A stretch of 64,000 nucleotides of DNA from Candidatus Nanoarchaeia archaeon (GTDB taxonomy: Archaea > Nanobdellota > Nanobdellia > SCGC-AAA011-G17 > GW2011-AR18): positions 132 to 64,131 of the forward strand of contig DATDVT010000045.1 of the NCBI GenBank assembly GCA_035289905.1, given 5' to 3'. Positions within the stretch are counted from its first letter, which is position 1; the number at the start of each line of letters is the position of its first letter. The position numbers were made by a program, and so were the translations under genes. The notes beneath the pieces are model-generated. The model worked only from the letters and a program-made list of their open reading frames with translations, was not told the origin of the DNA and made no database searches. Of the stretch, positions 17,873 through 28,660 are shown piece after piece.

Positions 17873-19567
17873 TTAAAGATTACTGGCCTCTAGATTTTTC
17901 AATTGATCCTCGGTAATATTATATAAAAAAATAGAGTTTCCAAAATTAACATCTGGTTCAAAATTATCCCTCAACCATTTAAAATTATCCCTATCCTTTT
18001 TATAAAACCCCTCTAAAGTATTCGCATCTAAAACTATAATTCCGCTTTGATGTATTCCTCCTTGCAATTCTTGATAACTAAAATTTAGATTTTTAAGATT
18101 AAAGTTATATACTGACAAATTTACCTTTGCATTTTGAATATTATTCTCATTCAAATAATCCACCATTCGATTAACATCTTGATTTAAATCACAATCAGGT
18201 CCTATAAAAAACTTGTGACTGCTTTCAGGTTCAATTACTTGATTAAAATAACAAACATAATCAGGATAAACAACTAAAGATTCTACAATAAATAAAAACA
18301 ATAACCCTAAAATTATCCACTTAAGGTATTTATTCAAAAAGAATCCAACTAAACCTCCAGCCAAAACAAACAATAAAGGTAAAATAGGCAAAAAATATAT
18401 AAATCCCCCATAAATACGACTAAAAATAAAAGAGAGAACATAAATTAAAGCAAAGATTAAAATAAAATAAACGTTCATTTTATTTTTTTTATCATACTTA
18501 ATTAAGAATAAAGAAAGAAAGAAAATTATTAAAAAAGAGATAGGGTTCTTAACTAAAAACACAAAGATGTACTGAAGAGATTTCAAACCACTAGAATAAC
18601 TCCCATTAAAATAAGAATTAAAACCTGTATCAAGATAATTATTAAAAGTATAAAAACTTTGTAAAAAATGGGGGGCTGGAACTGGAACTTCTGTCAAAAC
18701 AAAATAAATTTTATCTTTAAAAGGAATATCTCCTAAGATAAGATTTAATCGTTCAGGAGACCTAGCATAACCTGCATTTGTATAAATAGGATCATCAAGA
18801 TTATAAATTGGGTGAATCTCATTCAAATTTACAAAAATAAAAACAAAAAATCCAATTAAAGAAATCATAAATAGGATATAAATAACTTTTTTTAAAGGTA
18901 TATATTGTAAACGATTTTTATAATAAATAAATAAATTAAAAATAAAAAAAGAAAATAATAAAACAACAGAAGTTGGCTTAATTAATACTGCTAAACCAAA
19001 AAAAATACCTGATAAAACTAAATACTTTCTACAAGGCTTAAGATAATACTTCCAATAAAAATAAGCAGCAATAAAAAAGAAAGTAGCTAATAAAATATCA
19101 AAAGTCATAAGATCAGTATATGCTAAAATTGCAGGATGAAGAGTATATAGAATTAATGAAATAATTGCACCCTTAAATCCAAAGAGTTCTTTAGACCAAA
19201 TATAAACAAATAACCCTAGTAATGTTGCAAAAAAGAGTAAAACAATTCTTCCAGAAAAAACCATAGAGTTAGCATCATTAGCACCATAGTGCAAAAAAGT
19301 CTCTCTTCCAAAATCCTTGGGACTATTAAATTCATTATATTGAGGATAATCAATATCCATAAACAACAAAGGAAAAGATACTAATGCAAAAGAAAGAATT
19401 GGATGAATATTTGAATTGAAAGAATTCCCATATTTCAGATAAGAATAACCTAAAAACAAAAACTCTCCTTCATGATAGTATAAAGATCTTGTCTGAAGCG
19501 AAGGTAGAATCATATTTAAAAAAATTATCACAAAGATAAACAAAACAAAAAAGTCTTTTTTGTCCAT
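17873..19567 (-). CDS. polytopic membrane protein, GT-C-fold-like (ArnT/PMT-type) candidate glycosyltransferase
   Basis: 564 aa; about 11 predicted hydrophobic helices then soluble C-terminal domain; architecture like lipid-linked-sugar-dependent GT-C enzymes. Confidence 0.35.
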   Translation of the reverse strand: MDKKDFFVLFIFVIIFLNMILPSLQTRSLYYHEGEFLFLGYSYLKYGNSFNSNIHPILSFALVSFPLLFMDIDYPQYNEFNSPKDFGRETFLHYGANDANSMVFSGRIVLLFFATLLGLFVYIWSKELFGFKGAIISLILYTLHPAILAYTDLMTFDILLATFFFIAAYFYWKYYLKPCRKYLVLSGIFFGLAVLIKPTSVVLLFSFFIFNLFIYYKNRLQYIPLKKVIYILFMISLIGFFVFIFVNLNEIHPIYNLDDPIYTNAGYARSPERLNLILGDIPFKDKIYFVLTEVPVPAPHFLQSFYTFNNYLDTGFNSYFNGSYSSGLKSLQYIFVFLVKNPISFLIIFFLSLFLIKYDKKNKMNVYFILIFALIYVLSFIFSRIYGGFIYFLPILPLLFVLAGGLVGFFLNKYLKWIILGLLFLFIVESLVVYPDYVCYFNQVIEPESSHKFFIGPDCDLNQDVNRMVDYLNENNIQNAKVNLSVYNFNLKNLNFSYQELQGGIHQSGIIVLDANTLEGFYKKDRDNFKWLRDNFEPDVNFGNSIFLYNITEDQLKNLEASNL

Positions 19568-19598
19568 AAAAAGAACGAGAAGGATTTATATATAATAC
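19568..19598. promoter_or_regulatory. 31-bp divergent intergenic region with TATA-like ATTTATATATAATA serving two divergent operons
   Basis: read directly; both flanking genes start within ~30 nt. Confidence 0.3.
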
Positions 19599-20672
19599 TT
19601 GCCTCACAAAAAAATGATTAAAACAGTATATAATTTGCTCTTTTCAAAGAAAGAACCGTTTAGCATAGTCCACTTTATAACGAATAAATGTAATGCCCAC
19701 TGCCTTCATTGTTTTCTAAATCTTGATAATCCAGAAATATATAAAGATGAATTAACCCTTGAAGAAATTAAAAAATTGAGTAAAACATTCGGCAACTCCT
19801 TATTTAATATTAATTTAACGGGTGGAGAACCATTTCTAAGAGAAGATATAAACGAAATAACAATAACTTACTTAAAAAATACAACTATTCAATCATTATT
19901 TATTAGCACAAATGGATATTTTACAGGAAAAATAAAAGAGTTAATAGATAGATTTTTACAAGAAAAAATAAATAAAAAATTAATATTTTCAATATCCATA
20001 GACAATTTTGAAGAAGAACATGATAATCTAAGAAAGGTAAAGGGATTATTCAAAAATGCAATACAAAGCTATAAACTAATAAATTCTTATAAAGATAAAA
20101 ACATAATTGCCAATATTGGAATCACAATCACAGATAAAAATTATAATAATGTAATTCCTTTATATAGCTATCTAAAAGAACAAGAAATAAAAGCAATAAC
20201 CACTACAATTATGCGAAAGGAGGGTAGAATTAAAAAAATAGAGAATAAAGAAGCAATTCTTGAATCTTACAAAAAATTATCAAAATTAATAAAAAAAGAT
20301 GCCGATGAAGGTTTTGGAAAAACATTACAAGGAAGGTTAATGAATGCAAAAAATATAATAGCTAATGATATAATAAAAGATATCTATCTAAATAATCAAT
20401 TTAAAGCACCATGCATTGCTGGTTCATTATTCGGAGTAATTTATGCAAATGGAGATATTTATCCTTGTGAAATTTTAAACAGAAACTCAGGTAATTTAAG
20501 AGAATACAACTTAAACTTCTTAGAATTATGGAAAGAAAAAAAGAATAAAGAACTTAAGAAATTTATAAAAACCAGCAAATGTTCCTGCACATATGAATGT
20601 ACATGGTCAATAAACATAATATCAAACCCAAAATTCATCCTGAAACTATTAATGGAATTAATAAAAAAGTAG
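19599..20672 (+). CDS. radical SAM/SPASM-domain protein
   Basis: 357 aa; TNKCNAHCLHC; C-term CIAGSLFGVIYANGDIYPCE...CSCTYEC. Confidence 0.7.
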   Translation: MPHKKMIKTVYNLLFSKKEPFSIVHFITNKCNAHCLHCFLNLDNPEIYKDELTLEEIKKLSKTFGNSLFNINLTGGEPFLREDINEITITYLKNTTIQSLFISTNGYFTGKIKELIDRFLQEKINKKLIFSISIDNFEEEHDNLRKVKGLFKNAIQSYKLINSYKDKNIIANIGITITDKNYNNVIPLYSYLKEQEIKAITTTIMRKEGRIKKIENKEAILESYKKLSKLIKKDADEGFGKTLQGRLMNAKNIIANDIIKDIYLNNQFKAPCIAGSLFGVIYANGDIYPCEILNRNSGNLREYNLNFLELWKEKKNKELKKFIKTSKCSCTYECTWSINIISNPKFILKLLMELIKK

Positions 20673-21661
20673 TAATAATAATTCCTTTCTCAATATTAAA
20701 TAAATTTGTTTTAGAATCTATAAGGGGTTGTTTAAATTTAAATTACCAAAATTATATCATAGTTTTAGGCCCAGACAAAGAAATCAACCTTCCTCAAGAA
20801 ATAAATAAAGAAAAAATAAAAATAGTTTCGACAGGAGATTTTACAATTGCAAAAAAAAGAAATATTTTAATCAATTCAGAAGAAGCGGATTATTATGCCT
20901 TTATTGATTCAGATGCATTTCCAAAAAAAGAATGGTTATCTTCAGGAATAAATAAATTTTCAGAAAAAATAGGCGCGATTGGTGGTCCGAATATTTGTCC
21001 ACCAAAAGAAAAAGTCAAAGAAAAAGCAGTAGGCAACTCATTAAAATCTTTTCTAGTTTCAGGAACTAAATCCTTTAGAAAGAAAATATCAAAAAGTCAT
21101 TATTGTACTGATTTACCCACTTGTAATCTAATTGTAAAAAAAGAAACTATTAAAAAATTAAATGGATTTAATGAAAAATTAATAACTGGAGAAGATATAG
21201 ACTTATGTAATAGAATAATTAAAAATAAAGAAAAGATTTATTTTAACAAAGAAACAATTGTTTTTCATCATAATCGCACATTATTCAAACCATATTTTTT
21301 TCAAAGAGTGACTTATGGTTTGTCTATATTCAGACTATTTAAAAAAGACCCCAGAATAAGTAACTTATACTACTTTACGCCTCTTCTCATGTTATTCTTC
21401 ATAATCTTTGGATTAATATTTAGTTTTATAAATACAACAATCAGAAATATTTGGTTATCTATTTTAATAATATATCTTATAATTAGTTTAATAGAAGCAG
21501 TTAGATATTCATCAAAAATATCTGAAATACCTCACACATTATTAGCATTGATTATAGGTAATCTAGCTCCAGGAATAGGTTCATTAATGATCTTATTGAA
21601 TATCAAAATTAATGTTAAAGAAATATACAAAAACTTTCAAAAGGAAGATAAACTTAAATAG
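20597..21661 (+). CDS. GT2 glycosyltransferase with C-terminal TM helices
   Basis: 354 aa; VVIIIPFS, DSDAFP (DxD), GGPN; paralogue of 29361-30323; overlaps upstream gene about 75 nt so true start uncertain. Confidence 0.65.
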   Translation: MYMVNKHNIKPKIHPETINGINKKVVIIIPFSILNKFVLESIRGCLNLNYQNYIIVLGPDKEINLPQEINKEKIKIVSTGDFTIAKKRNILINSEEADYYAFIDSDAFPKKEWLSSGINKFSEKIGAIGGPNICPPKEKVKEKAVGNSLKSFLVSGTKSFRKKISKSHYCTDLPTCNLIVKKETIKKLNGFNEKLITGEDIDLCNRIIKNKEKIYFNKETIVFHHNRTLFKPYFFQRVTYGLSIFRLFKKDPRISNLYYFTPLLMLFFIIFGLIFSFINTTIRNIWLSILIIYLIISLIEAVRYSSKISEIPHTLLALIIGNLAPGIGSLMILLNIKINVKEIYKNFQKEDKLK

Positions 21662-21681
21662 AAAAAATAAATCAAGAGAAC

Positions 21682-23091
21682 ATGAAAATTTGCATAATCT
21701 ATCTAAAATATTCAGAAGAAGCTCCGAAAAATCAACCCTCTGTAAAAGTAGTAGCTCAAAACTATGGAATTTATCCTTCGGTTACTTTGGGTTATGTAGC
21801 TGCAATAGCTGAAAAAGCAGGTCATAATGTTAAATTTATAGATGCGAATGCCCTTAATTTATCTAATCAAGATGTTATAAAAGAAATAAATTTATTTAAA
21901 CCAAATATTTTAGCTTTCACGATTACGACATATTTATTTCATCAAACAATTGAAGCAATCAGAGAAATTAAACAAAAAACAAACACACCTGTCTTAGTTG
22001 GAGGAGTACATGTAAGTCTTTATCCAAAAGAAACCTTAACTTATAAAGAAATAGATTATGCTCTTATAGGAGAAGCTGAAACATGCCTTCCTGAATTCTT
22101 AGAAGCATTAGAAAAAAATCAAGATTTCTCAAAGGTAAAATCTTTATGTTACAAAGAAAATAATGAAATAAAAATTAATGAATTATCTATTCAAGAAATG
22201 GATATAAATAAGGTTCTGTTTCCAGCTAGACATTTGTTTCCAAATGAAAAATATTACTCGTTTATTTCTCAAAGAAAAAATTTTACAGGAATGATAACTA
22301 GTAGAGGTTGCCCATTTAGATGTATATATTGTGAACAAGGAAGCAAAAAATTTAGATTTGCTGATGCTAAAAGAGTAGTTGAAGAATTCACTGAATGTTA
22401 TAATAACTATAAAATAAGAGAAATAGATATATTTGATTCTTCATTTACAGTTAAAAAAGATAGAGTATTAGACATCTGTAAAGAATTAATTTCGAATAAA
22501 ATAGATATCTCTTGGTCAATTCGTTCTAGAGTAGATTGTATAGATAAAGAAATGCTTAAAGAATTAAAGAAAGCAGGATGTATGAGGGTCTATTATGGAA
22601 TAGAATCTGGTGTCCCAAGAATTTTAGAAACTTTAAGAAAAGAAACAAATATTCAAAGAATAGAAGAAACTATAAAAGAAACTAAAATGGCTGGAATAAA
22701 TACCTTTGGCTACTTTATGCTAGGTTGTCCAGGAGATACTACTGAAACTATTAAAAAAACAATTGAATTTGCAAAAAAATTAAAATTAGATTATGCACAA
22801 TTCTCAAAAGTTAGTCCTCTACCAGGTACTGAATTATATGATAAACTACTTAAACCAAAATTAAAAGAAGATTATTGGTCTAAATATATTCTTAATAAGA
22901 ACTATGAATATAATCTACCAAGACCAGATTGTAATTTATCTGAAGAGGAGATACAAAAGTTAGTAGAAACAGCATATAAAGAATTCTACTTTCGTCCAAA
23001 ATACATAACAAAAGCAATACTGAGGATTAAATCATTCAATGAATTAAAAAGATCTACTAAAGCAGTATTTGAAATGTTAACTAAATTTTGA
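21682..23091 (+). CDS. cobalamin-binding class B radical SAM protein
   Basis: 469 aa; SRGCPFRCIYC. Confidence 0.8.
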   Translation: MKICIIYLKYSEEAPKNQPSVKVVAQNYGIYPSVTLGYVAAIAEKAGHNVKFIDANALNLSNQDVIKEINLFKPNILAFTITTYLFHQTIEAIREIKQKTNTPVLVGGVHVSLYPKETLTYKEIDYALIGEAETCLPEFLEALEKNQDFSKVKSLCYKENNEIKINELSIQEMDINKVLFPARHLFPNEKYYSFISQRKNFTGMITSRGCPFRCIYCEQGSKKFRFADAKRVVEEFTECYNNYKIREIDIFDSSFTVKKDRVLDICKELISNKIDISWSIRSRVDCIDKEMLKELKKAGCMRVYYGIESGVPRILETLRKETNIQRIEETIKETKMAGINTFGYFMLGCPGDTTETIKKTIEFAKKLKLDYAQFSKVSPLPGTELYDKLLKPKLKEDYWSKYILNKNYEYNLPRPDCNLSEEEIQKLVETAYKEFYFRPKYITKAILRIKSFNELKRSTKAVFEMLTKF

Positions 23092-24516
23092 TTTAAATAA
23101 AGCCCAACCTCCAACCAAATACACTTTAAATCTATCAAATGAATTAAGATTCTTTAACTGATTAAAAATAAACTTTCTTCTAAAATAAAAGCTTCGCATA
23201 GCATATTTTTGTAAATATTTTAAATCTTCTTGAGTTCTTCCTTCAGGAACATAAACTAAATCCTTATTAGACCATCCAGCCCAAGTTTGATAATCTTCCC
23301 ATTTATAAGAGATTAAAGAAGGATCAGATTTTGACAATTCAAACAACTTTGTTCCAGGATAAGGAACTGTTATTGTGAATTGTACCCAATCAGGATTTAA
23401 CTCTTTAGAGAATTCAATAGTCTTTAAACTTTCTTCTCTAGTTTCAGTAGGCAAGCCCAACATAAAAAATGCTTTAATTTCAATACCTACTTCTTTTGTC
23501 CATATAAATGCATTCTTAATCTGTTCAATTGTTATGCTTTTATCAATTAAATCTAATAATCTTTGATTACCACTTTCTACACCATAATGAATACTCCAAC
23601 AACCTGCTTCTTTCATTGTTTTTAATAGTTCTAAATCTACTAAATTAACTCTAGTCATACAGCTCCATTCCATTCTTTTATTAAGCCCGTCTTCTTTTAT
23701 TTTTTTACATAAATCAAAAACAAAAGATCTATTTATAGTAAAGGTATCATCTCTAAAAATAATATCTTTAGCTCCATATTCATCTAAAAGAATCTTAATT
23801 TCATTGATCACCCTTTCAATAGAATGGGCCCTATATTTAGTACCTGAGATTTTAGAACAAAAAGCACATCTAAATGGACAACCCCTAGAAGCCAAGATTA
23901 AATAACTTGGTAATTTTTTAAAATATGTAGGTGCTGGTCTATATTTTTCCATAGGCAATAAATCCCGAGCAGGATATGGTATTTCATCTAAATTTTGAAT
24001 AAATTCTTGTTTAGGATTTATTATTATTCTTTCGTCTTTTCTAAAAACTAATCCTTTAATTTCTGATAAATCTAAATTATTTTCTAAATAATTTAAAAGA
24101 TTAACAAAAGAAATTTCAGCCTCACCATATAAAAGAAAATTAGCCTCTGGACAATCCTTTAAACAGGAAGTAAAAAATACTGTTGGATGAGGACCACCAA
24201 TAACAATTTTAACTTGTTCATTCAAGGTTTTTCTAACAATCTTCATTGTTTCTTTAGTTCTTAAATACATAGGAGTCAACATTGAAATACCGACTAAATC
24301 AGGCTTAAAATCATTTAAATAATTAATCAAATCTTCTTGAGAATAATTTAACGCAGCCATATCTAAGATTTTAATAATATCTTCTTTTCTTTTTTCTCTA
24401 ACTACTGCGGCCAAATACGCTAGACCCATAGGTTCACATACTGGACCAACCCTGCCTAAAGAGGTGCCATATCTATCACTTACAGATAAACATGGTTGTA
24501 TTAATAAAATTTTCAT
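23077..24516 (-). CDS. cobalamin-binding class B radical SAM protein
   Basis: 479 aa; SRGCPFRCAFC; paralogue of 16417 and 37951 genes. Confidence 0.8.
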   Translation of the reverse strand: MKILLIQPCLSVSDRYGTSLGRVGPVCEPMGLAYLAAVVREKRKEDIIKILDMAALNYSQEDLINYLNDFKPDLVGISMLTPMYLRTKETMKIVRKTLNEQVKIVIGGPHPTVFFTSCLKDCPEANFLLYGEAEISFVNLLNYLENNLDLSEIKGLVFRKDERIIINPKQEFIQNLDEIPYPARDLLPMEKYRPAPTYFKKLPSYLILASRGCPFRCAFCSKISGTKYRAHSIERVINEIKILLDEYGAKDIIFRDDTFTINRSFVFDLCKKIKEDGLNKRMEWSCMTRVNLVDLELLKTMKEAGCWSIHYGVESGNQRLLDLIDKSITIEQIKNAFIWTKEVGIEIKAFFMLGLPTETREESLKTIEFSKELNPDWVQFTITVPYPGTKLFELSKSDPSLISYKWEDYQTWAGWSNKDLVYVPEGRTQEDLKYLQKYAMRSFYFRRKFIFNQLKNLNSFDRFKVYLVGGWALFKSKFS

Positions 24517-25398
24517 CTAAAATCTCCTCATATCAGCTAAAAATCCAAACAAAATTACCTGAACTCCAATAAGTATCAATAAAACTGCCAAAATAGTCAA
24601 AGGAATATGCCCAACAACATCATATTTTAAAAAAGAATAAACTAAATAAAATCCGATTAATGAACCAATAGAAAAAAAGAACAATCCTATTCTCCCAAAA
24701 AATTTCATAGGATCAAAATCCCTATAAATTCTAAATATATTAATCCAAGCTCTGAAGGCATATGTAAAGGAATTTTTAAATAATCTGCTTTCTCTAGTTT
24801 TATTTGTTTTTATTGGAATCTCAGCTATTCGCATATTATTTTTTCCAGCCCTAATTAATTGCTCTTGTGTATAAGTAAAATTATTAATCAAGGGTAACTT
24901 AGCTACCTCTCTCGTAAAAGCTCTAAATCCAGTCGTTGTATCTGTAATCTTAATACCTAGAATGTTAGAGAACACTTTTGCAAAAGCAATATTTCCCCAT
25001 CGCTTCATAAAAGAACCCTCATAAACTCCATGTTCAAATCTAGAACCTAAAACTAAATCATAACCCTCTTCAATTTTTTTTAGTAATTTTAAAATGTCCG
25101 CGGCTTTATATTGACCATCTGCATCTGTATGCACTATAATATCAGCCCTAAGCTCTAAACATTTTTTCATCTCAAATTTAAATGTCTCTGCTAACCCTTT
25201 TCTTCTATCATGCGAAAAAACAATAGCACCTATTTCTCTAGCTATTTTCGCAGTATTATCCTCACTTCCATCATTCACAACTAAAATACTATAGTCATAA
25301 GAACCCATAATTTCTTTTATCTCCTTAATCACTTCACCTAATGTTTTTTCTTCATTATACGCTGGAATACTAATAATTACTTTCACAATTAAAACCAA
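24517..25398 (-). CDS. GT2 dolichyl/polyprenyl-phosphate sugar synthase-like (DPM1/GtrB/AglD-J-like) with C-terminal TM
   Basis: 293 aa; ISIPAYNEE, VVNDGSEDNT, HTDADGQ; C-terminal hydrophobic helices; abuts rSAM gene with 0-nt gap. Confidence 0.7.
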   Translation of the reverse strand: MVLIVKVIISIPAYNEEKTLGEVIKEIKEIMGSYDYSILVVNDGSEDNTAKIAREIGAIVFSHDRRKGLAETFKFEMKKCLELRADIIVHTDADGQYKAADILKLLKKIEEGYDLVLGSRFEHGVYEGSFMKRWGNIAFAKVFSNILGIKITDTTTGFRAFTREVAKLPLINNFTYTQEQLIRAGKNNMRIAEIPIKTNKTRESRLFKNSFTYAFRAWINIFRIYRDFDPMKFFGRIGLFFFSIGSLIGFYLVYSFLKYDVVGHIPLTILAVLLILIGVQVILFGFLADMRRF

Positions 25399-25487
25399 AT
25401 AACTAAATTTATATAAGTTTTTGTAGCAGTATAAAAGATAGTTTAGAATAGAATATAGGATTTAAAAGAAAAAAATACAAAAATATA

Positions 25488-27095
25488 ATGATAAAAAAAA
25501 TAAATATAATCTTCATACTATTAATCATAACAAAAATGATACTATCATTTAGTGTACTGCCTGTTTTAGGTTTTGCAGATTCTTTAAACTATATTAACGA
25601 AGCTAAAGCATTTCATGACACAAATAGCCTTTCAGAAGTCGCTAAAGCAGGAATTTATCCTCCAATCTATTCAATCATTATCTCTCCTGCTTTCATATTT
25701 AAAGATATGGAGAAAGTGCATTTCTCAATTAAAGTAATTAATGCTATTATATCCTCATCAATTATATTCCCTATCTTCTTCCTAGCGAATAGATTTTTCA
25801 GCAAAAAAAAAAGTCTAATTATAGCAACAATAACAGCATTAGTACCCCCTATATTCGCAGTTAGTTCGTATACAATGAGTGAAAACATATTTTTTCCACT
25901 TTTCATAACTACTCTCTATATAATCTATCTAACAATTAAAGAAAAACAACAAAAACTCTATATTCTTTCTGGGATACTAATTGGATTATGTTACTTGACA
26001 AGAGCTATATCTATATTTCTAATTCTAGTTATCATTATTATATTTTTATTAAACAAAACTAAAATAAAGAATATAATCACTTCAATATCAGCAAGTTTAA
26101 TAACAATTTTACCATGGATATATACCAAAATAAAAATTTATGGATTCAGCCTACAAGGAATTCTAGGGAATAATTATTCATCCTTTGCAATACAATCTCA
26201 ATCTAATATAATACAAAAATTAATATGGGTTATATTCTACACTGATTACTTAATTTTATCAACTGGAATAATATTCTTTATTCTCACAATTTCGTTAATA
26301 TCTAACTATAAAAACATAAATACAAAAATACTCTTCCAACTGACATTGCTTTCTACCATTTTTTCAATAATTTTAGCAAGCAACTTAAGTGGAGCATATC
26401 CCAATTATGAAGAAGGAAGGCTTATTGGTCGATACATAGAACCAATAATTCCAATGTTTATCTTACTTGGATTTATTTCTCTTAAAAAAAGTAAAAAAAT
26501 TACAATATTTACTTTAATCTTTCTAAATGCAATCACTCCATTAATCCTATTTAACAAATTTTTCCCAGTTAACAATATGTCATTAGTCTCTCTTGGTACC
26601 CTAGCATATCTATCAAATTCAACAATTCTTATTGCAATTATAATTATAGTTACAACTATTTTAATTTTAAAAATTAAAGAATATAACTTCAAAAAAATTG
26701 CATATTTCTTTATAATTTACTTCATAATAATAAGTTTATTAAACTCGACAGTAATAATTTATGACTCCAAATTTAAATGGGAAGCAGAAGAGGGTATAGA
26801 ATTAGGAATTTGGATAAATGATAACTTACCCAAAAATAATAAAATTCTAATTGATAAAGATGAACCAAATAAATTTACAGATAAAACTGAAGAAAAAATA
26901 ACAGATTTAGAAAAAAGATCGATTCATACCTTAGAATATTGGATTAGATTTAAATATAAAATTGGTCCAATAGAAAAGTATCCATATTATGAATATATTA
27001 TTACCAAAAAAGACCTTCCTTTAAAAATAATTAAAGAAGGAAAAGAAGGAACTAAAATATATTATAATATAGAGTATTCATACAATAAATATTAA
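25488..27095 (+). CDS. polytopic membrane protein (GT-C-like candidate)
   Basis: 535 aa; >10 hydrophobic segments + C-terminal soluble domain. Confidence 0.35.
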   Translation: MIKKINIIFILLIITKMILSFSVLPVLGFADSLNYINEAKAFHDTNSLSEVAKAGIYPPIYSIIISPAFIFKDMEKVHFSIKVINAIISSSIIFPIFFLANRFFSKKKSLIIATITALVPPIFAVSSYTMSENIFFPLFITTLYIIYLTIKEKQQKLYILSGILIGLCYLTRAISIFLILVIIIIFLLNKTKIKNIITSISASLITILPWIYTKIKIYGFSLQGILGNNYSSFAIQSQSNIIQKLIWVIFYTDYLILSTGIIFFILTISLISNYKNINTKILFQLTLLSTIFSIILASNLSGAYPNYEEGRLIGRYIEPIIPMFILLGFISLKKSKKITIFTLIFLNAITPLILFNKFFPVNNMSLVSLGTLAYLSNSTILIAIIIIVTTILILKIKEYNFKKIAYFFIIYFIIISLLNSTVIIYDSKFKWEAEEGIELGIWINDNLPKNNKILIDKDEPNKFTDKTEEKITDLEKRSIHTLEYWIRFKYKIGPIEKYPYYEYIITKKDLPLKIIKEGKEGTKIYYNIEYSYNKY

Positions 27096-27139
27096 ACAAA
27101 TGCAAATCTTTTTAAGTTATTTAAAAAGTAAAATCAATA

Positions 27140-28660
27140 ATGAATCTAAATCTCATAAAAGAAAAAACAAAACTTTGGTTAAATAAAAAAGAAAATATTC
27201 TTTTATTAATAATAATCGTTTTAGCATTCTTAATCAGATTAAAATATATGACTATAAACTCTGCGGTTTGGTGGGATGAAGCAGACTATCTTTCAGCAGC
27301 AAAAAGATGGGGGGGATTAAGTTATTTAAATGATATCTGGTATTATAGAAGAACTCCCTTATTACCTTTGTTTTGGGCAGGACTATATAAACTGGGTGCA
27401 ACTGAAATAACACTAAGATTTACAGAAGTTATATTCTCAACATTATTTGTATTTGGAATTTATTTACTGGCAAAAGAAATATTCAATAATAAATACGTAG
27501 GTCTTATTGCTGCTTCGTGTGCAATATTCAATAGAATCCATTTATTTTTAACGACTAGACTTATGAATGAAGTACCAGCTACGCCATTTTTAGTCTTTGG
27601 ATTATATTTTTTCTGGAAAGGTTATATAAAAGAAGAAAAAGCAAAATATATGTACCTTGCAACATTCATGCTATCAATTTCAATTATGACAAGAATGGCT
27701 ACTTCTTTAGTTCTTGTACCTATAGGGGTCTATGTTTTATCAAAAGAAAGATTAAACATCATAAAAAACAAAAAAGTGTGGATTTGTTTACTGATGATTC
27801 TTTTAACAATGACTCCTTTTATCTATCTTCACTACAAACATATTGGAGGATTAACTAATTTTATAAAACATTATACCATAACTGAAGATAGTACAGAAAT
27901 TGTAATCCCATCAATCTATCTTGGTTATAAAGGGATTTCTATTTATTTTATGTCTTATTTGCAAAATTTAGGAATTATTTTCTTTATAATTTTCATAATA
28001 GCAATTGGTTACTATTTTTATCCTTTAATCTTAGCCCCAGATTTACTAATTAAAAAAGAAAACAATGAGATCAAAGAAAAACTTCTAGTGGCTTTAATAA
28101 TTTTAGTTCCATTAATTTATCATGGTATCTTTAGTGAATATTTAGAAGAAAGATATCTTCTGTGGTCTTATCCTATAGTTTATGCATTAATAGCATGGAT
28201 CCTATTCAAAATATATACTCCTTTAACAAAATACGGAAAAAATATTGCAATAACTCTCATAATTGTTATTATAATAACTAACAGCTATCTTGTATATCAG
28301 AGTACTGAAGAAATTATAAATTATAAAAAAGATAGTTATTACGAAGAGAGACAAGCTGCAGAATTTGTAAAAAGTATTTCAACAAAAGAAGACTTAATCT
28401 ACACAAATCCAGTTCCCAAGATAGTATATTATTCAGAAAGAAAAACATTAAATTTTAATAGCGCGGGTAGTGCAGAAAATATTAAAGAATCAGCTAAAAA
28501 AAATAATGCTAAATACTTAATATTCTCTCTTATAGAACAATCAAGCCCATGGGCTAAAGAAATGATAACTTATCCTCCTGAATGGTTAAAACTAATTAAA
28601 GTCTTTCCTTCAGAACAAAATCCTGTAGTTTTCGTATTTGAGATACAAAAAGATGTCTAA
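27140..28660 (+). CDS. GT-C-fold membrane glycosyltransferase, ArnT/PMT-like (GT39/83-like)
   Basis: 506 aa; first extracytoplasmic loop WWDEADYLSAAKRW (DE/DxD-type loop motif of GT-C enzymes); polytopic. Confidence 0.5.
   Translation: MNLNLIKEKTKLWLNKKENILLLIIIVLAFLIRLKYMTINSAVWWDEADYLSAAKRWGGLSYLNDIWYYRRTPLLPLFWAGLYKLGATEITLRFTEVIFSTLFVFGIYLLAKEIFNNKYVGLIAASCAIFNRIHLFLTTRLMNEVPATPFLVFGLYFFWKGYIKEEKAKYMYLATFMLSISIMTRMATSLVLVPIGVYVLSKERLNIIKNKKVWICLLMILLTMTPFIYLHYKHIGGLTNFIKHYTITEDSTEIVIPSIYLGYKGISIYFMSYLQNLGIIFFIIFIIAIGYYFYPLILAPDLLIKKENNEIKEKLLVALIILVPLIYHGIFSEYLEERYLLWSYPIVYALIAWILFKIYTPLTKYGKNIAITLIIVIIITNSYLVYQSTEEIINYKKDSYYEERQAAEFVKSISTKEDLIYTNPVPKIVYYSERKTLNFNSAGSAENIKESAKKNNAKYLIFSLIEQSSPWAKEMITYPPEWLKLIKVFPSEQNPVVFVFEIQKDV

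Noticed and set aside
21612-21812. 66-aa ORF spanning GT2 end / rSAM start
   Set aside because: Out-of-frame overlap with two real genes
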